64,000 nucleotides of DNA from Gnetum montanum (Eukaryota > Plantae > Gnetophyta). The notes under the pieces are model-generated. The model was not told where the DNA came from. It did not search any database and saw only the letters and a list, made by a program, of their open reading frames with translations. Below, piece by piece: positions 1 through 12,899 of the stretch. A program made the position numbers and the translations under genes. How positions within the stretch are numbered: position 1 is the stretch's first letter; each line of letters opens with the position of its first letter. The stretch lies in contig MNCI01002869.1 of NCBI GenBank assembly GCA_015680685.1, positions 248,697-312,696 of the forward strand. Reading direction: 5' to 3'.

Positions 1-519
1 TACCCCCCTGCCACTGTAAAACAGACGTGCTTGTCAGAGAAACATCTAGTTCAACATTTGATCTGCCCCCTTCAATATCTCCCTCCTTTCTAGTCCTTGA
101 GGATGAAGTTAAGATATTTAGTTCTTTCTTTCCATTTTCATCATTTTCTTTTTTTTCCATCATCCTTGAATTCACGGTTGCCACTGCTTCTTGAAGTTAC
201 ACTTTTTCAAGATTCCCTGAAAGATGAAATTGGTCCTAAAACTATGTGAGACGAGTCACCGATGGAAATTTCCATGTCATCAGGATCTTACTTTATATCT
301 TCTTTTGTTTCGTGCATCTCCTGAAGACTGACAAGCTGGAAATAGGCACCTTTGGGAATTGCCATTAACTTTTTCAACTATCAAATTGCAAAAAATTTTA
401 ACCAGTTTTATCATGCCAACCTGTTCCATGAAATGGCCAAAATGTGTCAACAGCTACAACTTACCTTTTCAAACTTAGGCTTTCAAAAGGGGGTTAGACA
501 TCGAAAAATCTAGATAACA

Positions 520-3500
520 TGGGTTTCCACAATGGGGCAGTAGTGCCTAGCATGGATGAAGGGGGGTGACACTCATCCTTAGCCCCCAATACCTATCTAG
601 CCTAATTTTAACCTCCAAAGTTAGTCCACATAACCTAGAATCCCTCCAAGCACACCCAATAGCCCTGAAACCTCATCAAACCTAGTCAAAACATTGGGAT
701 TTGGTGTTTCCATGGTAGGGAAAGCTTCATCCATGCTGAGAATCTCATCCCTAGCACGGATGAATGGGGGGAAGCCAATAATGACCTAAATTGATTACCT
801 AGTAGCCATTTCTAGAGGCCAGGTGGCCCAAAAACCCTACTAGAACACTTTGGAGCTTCCAAAGATTCCAAAGTACTTAAACATGGAATAAAATTATCAT
901 CCCCTCTCATTCATGTAAGGTTCATCATGCTTAGTGTGGAAGAAAGGGGGGAGACTACATGAGGCACTTAGGAGTCTCCAAAATATTATATCTTGTAACC
1001 TACTATTGACTGTCAACCCCCACAACCCTTGAGGCTAACATGCAAGGTAAATTAGATATTGAACTAGCATAGATCTAACTTTTATGATTCTTCCATGTCA
1101 AAGCAGATCTTTTTTATGCTACCCAATGTGCAAACTAGGAGGATGGAGCTATGAAGGCTAGTGGGGTGGGGGGTGTTCTAGAAACAAGAAAACATCAACC
1201 CTCTCAAGATCTTTCATGCTAAGGATGTCCTCCTCCTTTTTGGGCATTCCATTGTCACTATGAATGGAAAGCGAAAAGCCAAAAATGTTGAAGTTTGCAT
1301 GCAATTTGACTTCCATAAGCAACCGAGACCTTCTCAAAGGCATTAGATTTCTAGAAGGTACTTAAAATGACTAAAATTTTTCCCCCTTGGGTTCTCCACA
1401 TTGAGGAGGATCCCATCCACACTGAGCATCCTAGACCTAGTTTAGAATGGAAAAGCCTAAAAACCTTCTCATAGCCCTCAAAATGACTAGATCTTGATCC
1501 TAAACATTAGTAGTCAACACTGGAAACCCTATGGACATGCATGCATAGTTAAAATTATCCAAAAAATAGTAAAAAATAGAGTCTCTTGGTCCCTCCATGA
1601 TAGGAGCCATCTCTTCATTGCTGACTAGTGTGGAGGAAAAGGGGAAACTTTGTGGGGACTTCAAAATAGCCTCCAGAGATGTTAAATGAGAGCCAAAAAG
1701 CCTAGTGTATGTCCCAAAATCCTATTTGCACATCCTAAGATGCTCAAACTCTTCAAGATTGATCATAAGTAGCCAAAAACCCTTTTTAGCCTAATCTTCC
1801 ATCCTAAGAATGAGACCCCTAGCATGAAAGAAGGTAAAAGGCCCAAAAACCACTTAACAATCCTTGAAACAATCAAGTCTTGACATCAAGTATTAGTTGT
1901 CAACACTAGCAACCTTAGAGACCCACATGCATAGTTCAAAAGATCATAAAATGGAAAAAAGTAGTGTTCCTTAGTTCCTCCACCCTAAGAACTCCCTCTT
2001 CCACATTAACCAATGTGGAAGAAAGAGGGAAAATTTGGGGGGACTTCAAAATGATCCTTAAACACCTCAAGCAAACAACTTGTAGCCTTACATGAGTCCT
2101 AAGACTAGTTTCACATCTTCTAAAGCCTTTCAACCCTACAAAAGTGACCACAAATAGTCAAAAAGCTACTTCCCCTAGTCTTCCACCTTGAGCATACTAT
2201 ACCTAACATGGAAAATAGGGGTAAGCTCCAAACCATCTAGAAGACCTTAAAACTAACCAATTTTGACCCCAAACCCTTGTCCTCAACCTTGGTACCCCTA
2301 GAGGCACACATGACCAATCCATTGAGGCCAAAACTAGTCCAAATCTAATATATATGATTCTTTGATGTTGGGGATCCCTTCCTCCATGCTATCTAACATG
2401 GCAACTAAAGAGGAGACTTGTTTGATGCTCATAAAAACCTCTAAAAGACATCAAATGACCTTGCATGCCCCTTAGAATCTTGTTAGCATCCTCTAGACTC
2501 TTTATACCTTAAACAATTGATCCTAAATGGCCAAAACATGATTCCCCTGAGTCTTCCATGCTAAGCTTCCTAGTCTGAATGTGGAAAAAGGAGGAAAAGC
2601 CTAAAAAAACTTGGGAGTACTCAAAACTACCAAATTTTGACATGGAACCATAGCCCTTGGCCTTAGCAACTCCAAAAGCTAACATGCATAGTTGATTGTA
2701 ATCTAAATTAGCCTAGATTTGGGATCCTTATTTCATCCAAATTAGAGAAGGTCCATTCCATACTAGGAAGCTTGAAAATAAGGGGGGATGCTATGTTTCC
2801 ACTTTTGGTGACAAGATGACACTCCTAGAAGGCAAAGATTTATGCCAAAGAATCCAAGGACCTTATGGCCTTATGATTTAATTTTTTTGACCTCATGTTG
2901 ACCTCCAAAATCCATTCCCCCTAATCTTCTACACTAGATAAAATCCTCCAATGTAGAAATATTGGGGAAGATCTTAGATGCCCTTGAATGACCTTCAAAC
3001 ATTTCCAAAATTAGCTAAAAATATGCAAAATCATGATCTACAATCCTATGAGCCTAGAAACCTAGTCAATGTACTCTCAAATCATCCTAAATCTACAAAA
3101 CAAGTGTCCCCCCATCTTTTGATGCAAGGGATATTGTGCTTATCATGGAAGAAGAGGTAAAATCCATTTCAACATGATTTAACATCCAAAACTGACTTAG
3201 ACTACCTCAAAATGAAGCTAGAACATGCACAACTTTCATATCTAGGTTCCAGTTGCTTGTTTGACCATGATTGATCCTTCTTTTACTTGGATTTTGATTC
3301 TCCATCCTAAACCCTCTCTTTTCCACACTAGCCAATGTGGAAACAAGGGGGAAATGCTACAAAACATAATTTTTAACATTTATAGACCTCTAGAGTTCCC
3401 AATTTTGATAAATCTAGTCCTACATTGCCTTGGGAAGGCTCAAGGACCTCAATTTTGGATCTTTGGATGCCCAAAAATCTACTTTTCTTAGTTTCCATGC

Positions 3501-3560
3501 TGAGGGTCCCTTCTTCCACACTGGCCAACATGGAAATAGGGGGGACCCAACTTCGAAGCA
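520..3560. repeat. Degenerate tandem array, ~180-200 bp monomer, each with a TTCCAYRCT...RYRTGGAA hairpin followed by a G-run
   Basis: The motif recurs near 730, 910, 1091, 1395, 1595, 1798, 1979, 2181, 2361, 2554, 2733, 2927, 3301 and 3493. Confidence 0.7.
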
Positions 3561-4519
3561 TCAAAACTATTAACTTTTAGGTTCAAATAGCCCAGAAATA
3601 GCCCTGTCTAATGCCCAAACTTACCTAATATCCTTGTAGTCTCAATTCATGCCATGTTAAGGCCTAAAACTAGAAAAATATAACCATTTTTATCTATATT
3701 GATCAATTTTTTATATATGTAGCTTGCTTGCTTGATCTTTATCTTATTACATGATTCTTTTACTTATTTTGGCTTGGTGTCACATTGTTAACATTGTTGA
3801 CCTTATTATGACCTATATGTAGCATTATATTCTCTTTATTTTCCTTATTATTGCATTATTTAACTTTTTTTAGCCTTTTATTGATATCAAATAGTGGGGT
3901 TCGACCTTCCCTAACCACCATTTAGCACCATGTGACCATGGCCCTCTATGGCATTAAACTGGCATCATGGCTTGCTATGGCCTCAAAATAGCAAAATCAT
4001 AACTTTTTTGACCATTTCTAGCCTTATTTCTCATAATTCCCCATTCTTGACCATTATTTGATCTCTATAATGCTTTGTTGACTTGTCCTCATCCTATTTA
4101 TAGCCTTGGATTTAGCATTAATTATTCACTTTTGCCAAGGTGCCACTTAATATGCTTTCGGTTGACATGCAAGATCAAAGTATGAGTACCTAGGAGTAAA
4201 TCCATTTTCCTTTGTGTCTACATGGACCTCAAAATGATGTTGAATTATGTATCAACCATGATTGCCTAGATCTTGTGCACAACAGTCTTGTTGAGCATGT
4301 AGCCTCAACAGAGAATCCTCTAGAATTGCCTGAAAACCTAGTCAAAACTCTTGACTTAGAGGTAGGAAACATAGTCGAAGACTCTCTAGTTGAGATTCCT
4401 ATCACAAAAAATATTGGTGAGGAGAAAAAACCTTAAATTAAGTTCCTGATTAGAACCTCAACAAGCTCAAGATATCAACAAGGTCCTACAAGGCAACATT
4501 AAGACCTTTTCTTGGAAAT

Positions 4520-5212
4520 ATGAAGATATTCTAGGTTATATCTAAATTAGAAACACTTACCAACCTTAAGAAGTTTTAGGGATTACAAAGAAAATTATAG
4601 TTTATTAATAGGCTTATCACTAAGCTTATAGATAAATTAGATCCTATGCAATACTTGCTAAAGAAAGGGGTTCACTATGGATGGATGGCTCTATGTCAAG
4701 AAACCTTTAAAACCTTAAGCATGAGTTGGCACAATTGCTGATAATCTATCCTCCATAAGAGGGTAAACCATTTTTTATCTACCTTTCCATCTCTAATATG
4801 TCCACTTCCTCTCTACTATGTTAGAAATGTGATGATGGAGTACAAATGCCACTGTACTATCTCAGCCATACATTAGTTTCCCACAAGACCCAATACACTA
4901 AAGTGGAGAAGTATTATCAAGCACTAGTCTTCTTATTTAAAACGTGAAGATTTTACCTCTTCAAAAGTCAAGTCAATGTCTTTTTCAAGCATAATATACT
5001 TAGAGCCATAACTAACATCTATGAAACTAGTTGTATAGGCCAATGGAAAGTCATAACTATGGAGTTTGACCTTCATTACATCTCTCAATCCTTAATAAAA
5101 GGTCAAGCTATAGCTGTACAACTTACAGTTTTGCCTATTGATGACCAAGTAGCAATAGGTACTAAATTCCTTAATGAACACATTAATGACATTAGCCAAG
5201 TACCTGAGGGTT
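4520..5212 (+). pseudogene. Ty3/gypsy RT C-terminus and RNase H remnant
   Basis: Broken translation contains GKPFFIYLSIS, MPLYYLSHTL, QYTKVEK and MEFDLHYISQSLIKGQAIA, which are typical Tat-type RH motifs. Confidence 0.85.
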
Positions 5213-5217
5213 ATGAG

Positions 5218-6845
5218 TGTAGCAACCAAAAACGTTGGCAGTTGGAAAAGAACGTAGATCGGCCGTTGGCAATATTGACCCCATTTCCACAGGAGGGCCG
5301 TGCTAGATGCGATAGAAATGGGGCACCCTAAACGGTCTGGTTGATCAGACAGGGACTTAGTCGATGTCTATATAACCTTTTGCAATGTGTGAGTTGAAAA
5401 ATGAAACTAATGTCATGAAGTAATGCTTGAATGTAAAAGAGGTAGAAAATAGTGTAAAATGCAACAATAAGCAGGAGACAAAGTGAAATGCAGTTAGAAA
5501 AATGCACCACTTTGGAGCTACAACTTTTCTCTATCAAGATGCATACAATTGGTTGCATAGCACTCGGAAGTGCAGAGATCCTAAGGGTAACCAATACGTG
5601 TAGAGTGAGATGGCTGTGTGCTTGAACGTAGACTCAGGCATTAATAATGCGAAATGCTACCAAGGTGGTAGGAAAGAGCAGAACAGAATGCCAACTGAGA
5701 ATGCTAATAGTTTACAATGTTGAAATAGGAAGCTTACAATGCTTGAAGTTACGGTGCTATCTTGCCTGCTTGTCAGCTAACAAAATCGTTAGCCGACTAG
5801 ACTACTCAGAAAACCAGAATCGAAAGTGCAAAAAGAGAACTCGAGTGCCAGAAGCTTGTAATAGTTAGAGCGTCCCCATTCCTGAACAAACTAGGGAGAC
5901 TTTAAGCATCGCTCATAGGGGTATTTATAGGACCAAGGGTGTGCAAGAGATGCATTTTGGATGTCACCTGCCTTCGGCCTATGCTGACTTGTCTATGTTG
6001 CACATGCCTACATGACCGTTGTGCGAGCCTGCCACACCATAATTACAAACCTGCCACATCATAATTACATTGTCAGAGCAACGGTGCAATTAGGTAGGTG
6101 AATTAATGTCGTGTAACTTCTCACCATGTCTTGCCATGCTTTGTAGCGTAGCATGTTTGGCGTGGTGTATCATTTTGTTACACTCTCCTAGACTATGCAT
6201 TGTAGCATAGCATAGCCACCAGTTTGAAGTGAGAAACTTGCATTGTGTCCTGATGCATGTGTTAGAAACCTTTGGAGTGTGCCAACTATTTGTTGCATTT
6301 TTTTTGCTATGCTATGAGACGCTACGTAGTGTATCGTAGCATAGCAACTGGCCTTAGTTGCAAAAAATGTCACCCATCTGCAAACTTTGTCTTTTGCACT
6401 GCAAAACTTGCAAACTTGTTGATCCCACCGTTCGAGTTGCCTTCTGTCACTTTCACAAAATTTCTATGCCTTGCTACGCCTTGTAGCTTAGCATAGCATA
6501 GCAGCAAACATGACATGATTTTGGCCAAGTTTGCTGCTTTCTGATGGAAGGAGACATTGCCGAAGGATTTGAAGTCAGGCAAGGCGGCTAGTTGTCTAGC
6601 TTTTGCTACACTGTGCTACATTGCATAGCACACCATAGCGTAGCACTGTGCTTCTACAAACATATTTTGGATTTTTCTACGCTACACGGCGTAGTGTAGC
6701 ATAGCAAGACTCCTTGAATTAGAAAACTTGCTGAAGCGGATAATCTGAAAATTAGAGCATCCATCTCCTGAAGAACTATCGTAACACTATGCGAATTGCA
6801 ATGACCTAGTGAAGCAAGGATGTCTTCAAATTTTGGGGTGTTTTA
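5218..6845 (-). mobile_element. Solo LTR (Tat-type family) inserted between RH and aRH of the host element
   Basis: 5-bp target-site duplication ATGAG at 5213-5217 and 6846-6850. Begins TGTAGC; minus-strand TATA box CTATAAATAC at 5921-5930; homologous to the LTR at 22429-24316. Host reading frame resumes on the other side. Confidence 0.9.
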
Positions 6846-6850
6846 ATGAG

Positions 6851-7230
6851 GTAGCCATGCACTTTGATGAAGCTTCAATTACCCATGGGGCTAGTGCTGC
6901 TGTCATCATAACATTCCCATCTAGTGAAATATGATCGTTAACCTATCATTTTTAGTTTCCATGTATCAAAAACATAGTGGAGTACAAGGGTTTGATTAGA
7001 AGGATGGTGGTAGTTCATGACATAGAAATTAGATGCTTAATGAACAAAGGAAATTCATAGCTTGTGGTTAATCAAGAGACCAAGGTCTATGCATGTAAGG
7101 CCAAACACTTACAACCTTACTATGACCTAGGGAAGCAATTATTACAACAATTTACAGATGTTGATATCCAACACATACCTTGAAATGAGAATGCCATAGC
7201 CAATGCAATTACAATGTTAGCCCTTACTGT
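6851..7230 (+). pseudogene. Additional archaeal-type RNase H (aRH) of a Tat/Ogre element
   Basis: Translation AMHFDEAS..HGASAAVII, KNIVEYKGLI, KGNS*LVVNQ, ENAIANAI matches the FDGAS..GAG / NN.AEYEAL / GDSQLV / N..ADAL pattern of aRH. Confidence 0.85.
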
Positions 7231-7339
7231 GACGTCAAATGTTTTTAGTAAGTTGCCTACCTTAATCATGAACTATGCTACTTCCATCACACAGAACACT
7301 GAGGATACCTTAGTGGTCATCCTTCATATTGCTCCTCCC

Positions 7340-8570
7340 AAGGAGTAGTATGATGATATTAAATTTTACCTTATGCATGGTGAATCCTCACAAGGCTTGA
7401 GTACTACTTAGAAGGATGTTGTACGTAAGCAATCAAAGTAGTATGTCATTGTAGGTGATAATACATTATGTCAACAATCCTATGTTGGCATACTTCTAAA
7501 GTACTTAGGTAAAACTAAAGTAAGAATAGTCCTAGAGGAGGTCCACGAGGATGTTTGTGAAGGACATAGAGGGCCTAAAGCTATGGCTGCTGAGATTAGA
7601 TCATTAGGCTACTATTAGTCCCATATAGAAAATGACTGCCTGCAGAAGGTTAAGCGATGTGACACATGCCAACAATATAGCAACCTTATACATATACCAC
7701 CAATTAAGTTACATACCACTCAAATAATATGGTCATTTCAATGATGGGGGTTGGATATCATTGGGCCCATAATGCCTAAGTATTTCGTAGAGCATAGCTT
7801 CATCATCACCACAACTAAATACTTTACAAAGTGCATTGAAGCTATTTTCCTATGAAATACTACATCCAAACAAGTCTGTAGTTTCATCATAGATAACATT
7901 GTAGCCCATCTTGGCATACCCATGACCATAGTTATAGACAATGAACCATAATTTAGTAGCCAAAAAATAAAATATTTCCTTCATGGCCTAGGCATTAAGC
8001 ATTTCTTCTCATCATCTTATTACCCTCAAGCAAATGGACAAGTGGAAACAAGCCACAAGGCCATCATCAACTTGCTCAAGAAGATGCTCAACAGCAACAA
8101 GCAAAAATGGAATGATTAGCTTGTCCATGCACTATGGGCATATAGAAAAACCTATCTCATGGAAACTGGTATGATCCATTACAACCTGGTTTATGGTTCT
8201 AAAGTTGTTTTACCTCTTGAATTGTAAGTGCCATTACTCCAAGTAGCCTTGACCAACTTCATCAATGATGAGTACCCCTAGACTTAATGGAGGGGCAAAG
8301 CATGCGAGCACTTGCTTACATCGAACATGATTAAGAGATGTAGAAGTAATAACATCATCATAACTTGACCATGTGTAAGATCAAGGAGGGTGACCTAATT
8401 TTCAAAGTCATTCATGAACATGCAGACAAGTTCTTAACCAACTAGGAAGGATCCTTCCTTATCTCCAAAGCCTACAAGAATAGAGCATTTAGGATAGCCA
8501 ACATGAATATGAGTAAGTTGGTCAATCTAGTTAATCATTCCTATCTAAAGTCCTACTACATCTACTTGAT
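7340..8570 (+). pseudogene. Retrotransposon integrase remnant (HHCC, rve core, GPY/F)
   Basis: EEVHEDVCEGH, KRCDTCQ, WGLDIIGP, IVIDN, SSYYPQANGQVE, LVHALWAYR, VNHSYLKSYY; many stops and frameshifts. Confidence 0.92.
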
Positions 8571-8793
8571 AGTCATCAACAAGCAAGCTTGCTTTTAATT
8601 GCCTACCAAGACCTTAAATTAGTGCCATGACCCACGACGACCTTAAACTAATAGCATTGGTAACCTAGATGGCTAGGTTTTATCATCTCATCTAGCCTAT
8701 ATGCATTGTAGGATTACAATATGTAGCAATGTTTTGTATTCTTTGTCAATGCCTCTTGGGTCAATCATCTAGACACAAACAAAGAGGGGCCAT

Positions 8794-10215
8794 TGAAACA
8801 CCACAAAAATTTATATGTTATAGCCAATTTTCATCATGTAGCTTTCACCTCATGAAACTTAAGGAAAAATTTCATTGTAACTATTAAGATTCTAATCCAT
8901 GAGGGGAAATATCACATATTTCATAATTTTAATTCCAAAAAATACCTCATAAGTGATCAAATCCTCATTCCACAAGTGAAAAAATTCCTCTAATGTCTAT
9001 ATTTGGACTTGGGAGGGTCAAAATTACATTTTGGAATGCCAAAAATGGCAATTTAATGAGTTTTATGGGGGTATATATTTTTCTACATTGGAAACACTTG
9101 TAGAAGGTAAATCTAACCTATCCCCAACTTGGAGGAGTGGGGAGGGGGTGGGGGGNNNNNNNNNNNNNNNNNNNNNNNNNNNNNNNNNNNNNNNNNNNNN
9201 NNNNNNNNNNNNNNNNNNNNNNNNNNNCCAGATTTCAACACTCCATGCACTCCAACATTGACCAAAAACTCTAGCAAGGATGGTAGAAGGCTCAATGTCA
9301 AAGATCTATCTTTAGTATAGAAGGTGTACCTCCATTACTATTTATCATAAATAGAATGGCCATGGGGAAATGCACTTTTTATATATGGTAACATCCAAAT
9401 TTGGACACCGATCTCACCTATACGAGGTAGAAATTTACAATAAAATTATAGCCATTTTACAACCCTATTCATGACCAAAGACCTATAACAACTAGGTTCA
9501 CAAACCATTTATAGGTTCTACACTTTTTGCAGAAAAACACTTTGGCAATTCCATAACCCTAAATTTTGTTCAACAATTTTTCACAATTCCACCATTAGAC
9601 ATTTTCAAGAACTTGAGAGCTCTTGCAATCTCCCATTTTTGCATTCTCTTGAACTCTAGCATGAAGCATTATAGTCCTAAGAATTATGAACTTTTGGTGT
9701 CAACGTTGCATTTCTAAGGCTTCCAACCCCTAGTGTGGAGCAATCTAGTAGCCAAATTTTTAACTTTTCTCACCCCATTGTAGCAACCCAGATTGTAGAT
9801 CTATAGTCTATAGTAGAGGAGATTCGAATGCATTAGGAGTGGCTTGTTATTTAGATCATGGAGAAAATCACATTAGCCTAAATGGACCTTAAAATCCTAC
9901 CTTAGCAAACCCTCCTTTGCTCTCTCATGGGCATTTATTCTACACATTTTTGGAACTCTTCATTTATTATTTTAATAAAGTTTTAAAATTTCATTTTTGT
10001 GTGTAATCTTCATTTGTTTTTTTTTGTTCTATAGATATGTAACTTTTTCATTATTATTTGCATCATTCATTTTTCATTTCTTAAGTCCCTTAGTGAGCTA
10101 CCAAACCATCTAGGGTACTATGAATTCTAGTTTTTGGAGGTCATGGGGAATCAAATTTGAGGCTACTACACTAGATCTATCGATTTTCTAGCAATTGATT
10201 TTTCTATTCAAAACA
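8794..10215 (+). repeat. 3' LTR of the Tat-type element (contains an N gap)
   Basis: Starts TGAAACACC right after the PPT and ends ...TTCAAAACA. Colinear in reverse with the LTR at 34594-36170. Confidence 0.8.
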
Positions 10216-12380
10216 CCCCCTATGTCCAATCATATGAATCACAAGCATTCACACAAAATCTAGTTGAATTCCATGAATGGGACTAGTTGTGGCATCTAGA
10301 TTATTAAGCATTCATCCTAGGATATTGTCTTCTCACTTAGACTAGTTGTAGCTTTGTCACATATGATTTAGTTCAATGTGAGACATATGATAGTTGATGT
10401 TGTGGCCTTATGATAATATTATTAATAATAAATTAATTAATTATTTAACCTAATTAATAATAGGAATATAAATTCTAAACTATCCTAAGGATGATGAGTG
10501 TATGTTCCCAGCTTTCCATACACATCCTAAGCCCACATATCTACTAATAGGATTACCAAGTGTTATGCTACTAGGCAAACCAAGTAATCACACTACTAGG
10601 ATTACCAAGCGAATATGTGTTTATGCTTGAAATTGGTTCCACTCATTCTACCAATTGATTAATATGCATGAAAACATAAATATTAACTAAGTACATGAAG
10701 AGTAAATTTCATGGAAAGTAAATATAATCTAAGTCAATGTGATGTAATGAATATGAATCAATCTTAATCTTATTTCTATTAATGGATTGTGCCCAAGTAC
10801 AATGTCATTCAAATAAGACATTGTAAAACTGACTCAAATTCACAATGTGGGCACTCACTAACTATTTTCTAAAATCATGAAATGAAACTACAAGATTCTA
10901 GTTCCCAAAATGACCAAAAGGTATCTAATACATGGTGGAAGTATTGACCTTTTGGTATGTCTAAACCTGAAGGAAAATGAAGAACATATAATGTTGTGGA
11001 TTGTGATGTTTTGCATGACATGGATGAAACATAAATAATTGACATCTACAAAGAGATCTCAATATGGAGACTACAAGAACTGAAGGAAGCACAGATATCA
11101 TGGACAAGGACTTCATAAGAAAATTGAGAGAAAAGGAAAGAATGAAGACTAAAGCTAAATGAAGATTTTCCATAGATTGAAAGGAAGCTAAATGTGTCTA
11201 TTTGTGTTGATTCTATTCGGATGATTCTTGGATGTTTTGACATATTTTGGAGTGTTTTGGCACATTTTAATGAGTCTAGGAGGTTATAAGGTCTATGGGA
11301 ACTTGTTTGAAGGCATCTAGAGGCTCCTAGCATCAAAACGAGTAGTTTCATTTTTAGCCCCTACAAAAGAGATGTCTTCCTAGATATGTCAAAAGAGACA
11401 TCACAAAGACATCTTCCCTAAAGAGTAGACATCTTCCAAACATAGTAGACATCTCCCTAGATTTTAGGCCAAATTTGAGAGCCATCTCAATCTTAAAGGA
11501 GGCATCTACACTAGCCATTAGTTGACCATTGGAATATTTCTAAGATGATTTTGGAAACTTCAAAGCTATAAGAAGACTTCATTCTATTGGGCAAAGTGAA
11601 CATTTTGTGTGAAAGCAAGTGTCAACTTCAACCTACCATTATGAATACTATCCTATTGTGTTTCTACTTCATTGTATCATCTTTTGTACTATTATAGTGA
11701 TTTTTTACTATACCTCAAAGTACAAGGACCAATAATTTAGTTGCATTCTTTCCTTGTAATTTTTATTTTTCTTTTTCTTATTACCCTAAAGGGTTGATGT
11801 GCTTCTTGTAGAAAGGCATCATTCTTGAGCTTGTCAGGATCCTATGGGATTGAGTGTTGGTGTAATGCCACAACACTTCAGAGTGACACTCAAGTTGTAA
11901 ATGTTGTGTAATCCTAGAAACCATACTCTAAGTTTTTTGGGAAATTCTAGGGTTAAGTGGATTTATGGTGTCAAATCACTTTGGAGTAAAGCTTAGAGCT
12001 TGTACAAGGTTTGGTATTCTTCAAATCACATTTTGAGAAAAACAAAGTCCAAGGGTGTGCTAGCGAACTACCCTCATACTATGGACTACCCAAGTTGGGG
12101 AACCATATTAAATATGGTGTGTACTTTATGTTAAATTTTTTTTTATTTTGGGAACTTATTCATCCCCCCTTCTAAGTTCAATGATCCTCAAGAAGTCTCA
12201 TGTTTATAATCATTTATTATAATTGCAACATCACATTTACAACATCACAAATCTGTTGTATGAGGGGATGCCACAATGCATAAGCATGTTATGAGGGGAT
12301 GCTACAATGCAGAAGCATTATATGAGAGGATCCTACAACACATATGTGATGTTGCATCTACAACATCATAGATGTGACAT
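10216..12380 (-). mobile_element. Athila-type LTR remnant, interrupted by a solo LTR at 10942-12190 and cut on the left by the Tat element
   Basis: 10216-10941 plus 12196-12380 form a direct repeat of ~13947-14880. Confidence 0.85.
10942..12190 (+). mobile_element. Solo LTR, probably copia/SIRE-like
   Basis: TSD GGAAG/AGAAG (10937-10941, 12191-12195); the empty site is visible in the paralogue at ~14665-14690. Ends ...CCTCA. TATTCATCCCCCCTTCT near the 3' end resembles the Sirevirus C-rich LTR-end signal. Confidence 0.75.
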
Positions 12381-12899
12381 TTTTCAACTAGGAAAAATTT
12401 CTAAAGTAGCAATTACAATATGGAAATAATCAAAAATCTTGAGTACAAGATTAGAAACAACTAGGAATTTCCAAGCTAATCATGGTGAATATTTCCCTAA
12501 GGTTTTAGAATTATAATTTGATAAATATTAGTTTTTGTTACATTTTATATATGGATGAACTTGTAGAAAGATTGTAATAGAGTTGTGTGCATCTTAGGAG
12601 TCAATTCTATGTGTTTTATTGACCATTGTGTCAGTGTGTTTGATCTTGGTCTTGTGTCTAAGGAAGAGATCTAGATCAATTATACCTTACATCAAGGTTA
12701 ATCATGTATCTGATTGTAGAGCCTCATGCTTTGCAATATCATTAATTATATGAGTGTTTTGGTGTGATGTTCTATGGATTTGTGGATCTACTATATTTGT
12801 GATCTTCATTTAATTTTAATAAAAGAGATCATTTCCAACAATGTCCAATGTTTGCTTGAAAAAAATCAACTAGAAAATAATTAAATATTGAGGCTTTAT

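Larger units (their letters stand above)
340..10215 (+). mobile_element. Decayed Ty3/gypsy LTR retrotransposon, Tat/Ogre type (5' LTR, gag, PR and RT core missing; RH-aRH-INT and 3' LTR present)
   Basis: RT C-terminus/RNase H remnant ~4520-5212, second archaeal-type RNase H ~6851-7230, integrase ~7340-8570, PPT AAAGAGGGG 8781-8789 and an LTR from 8794. The left boundary is approximate. Confidence 0.85.
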
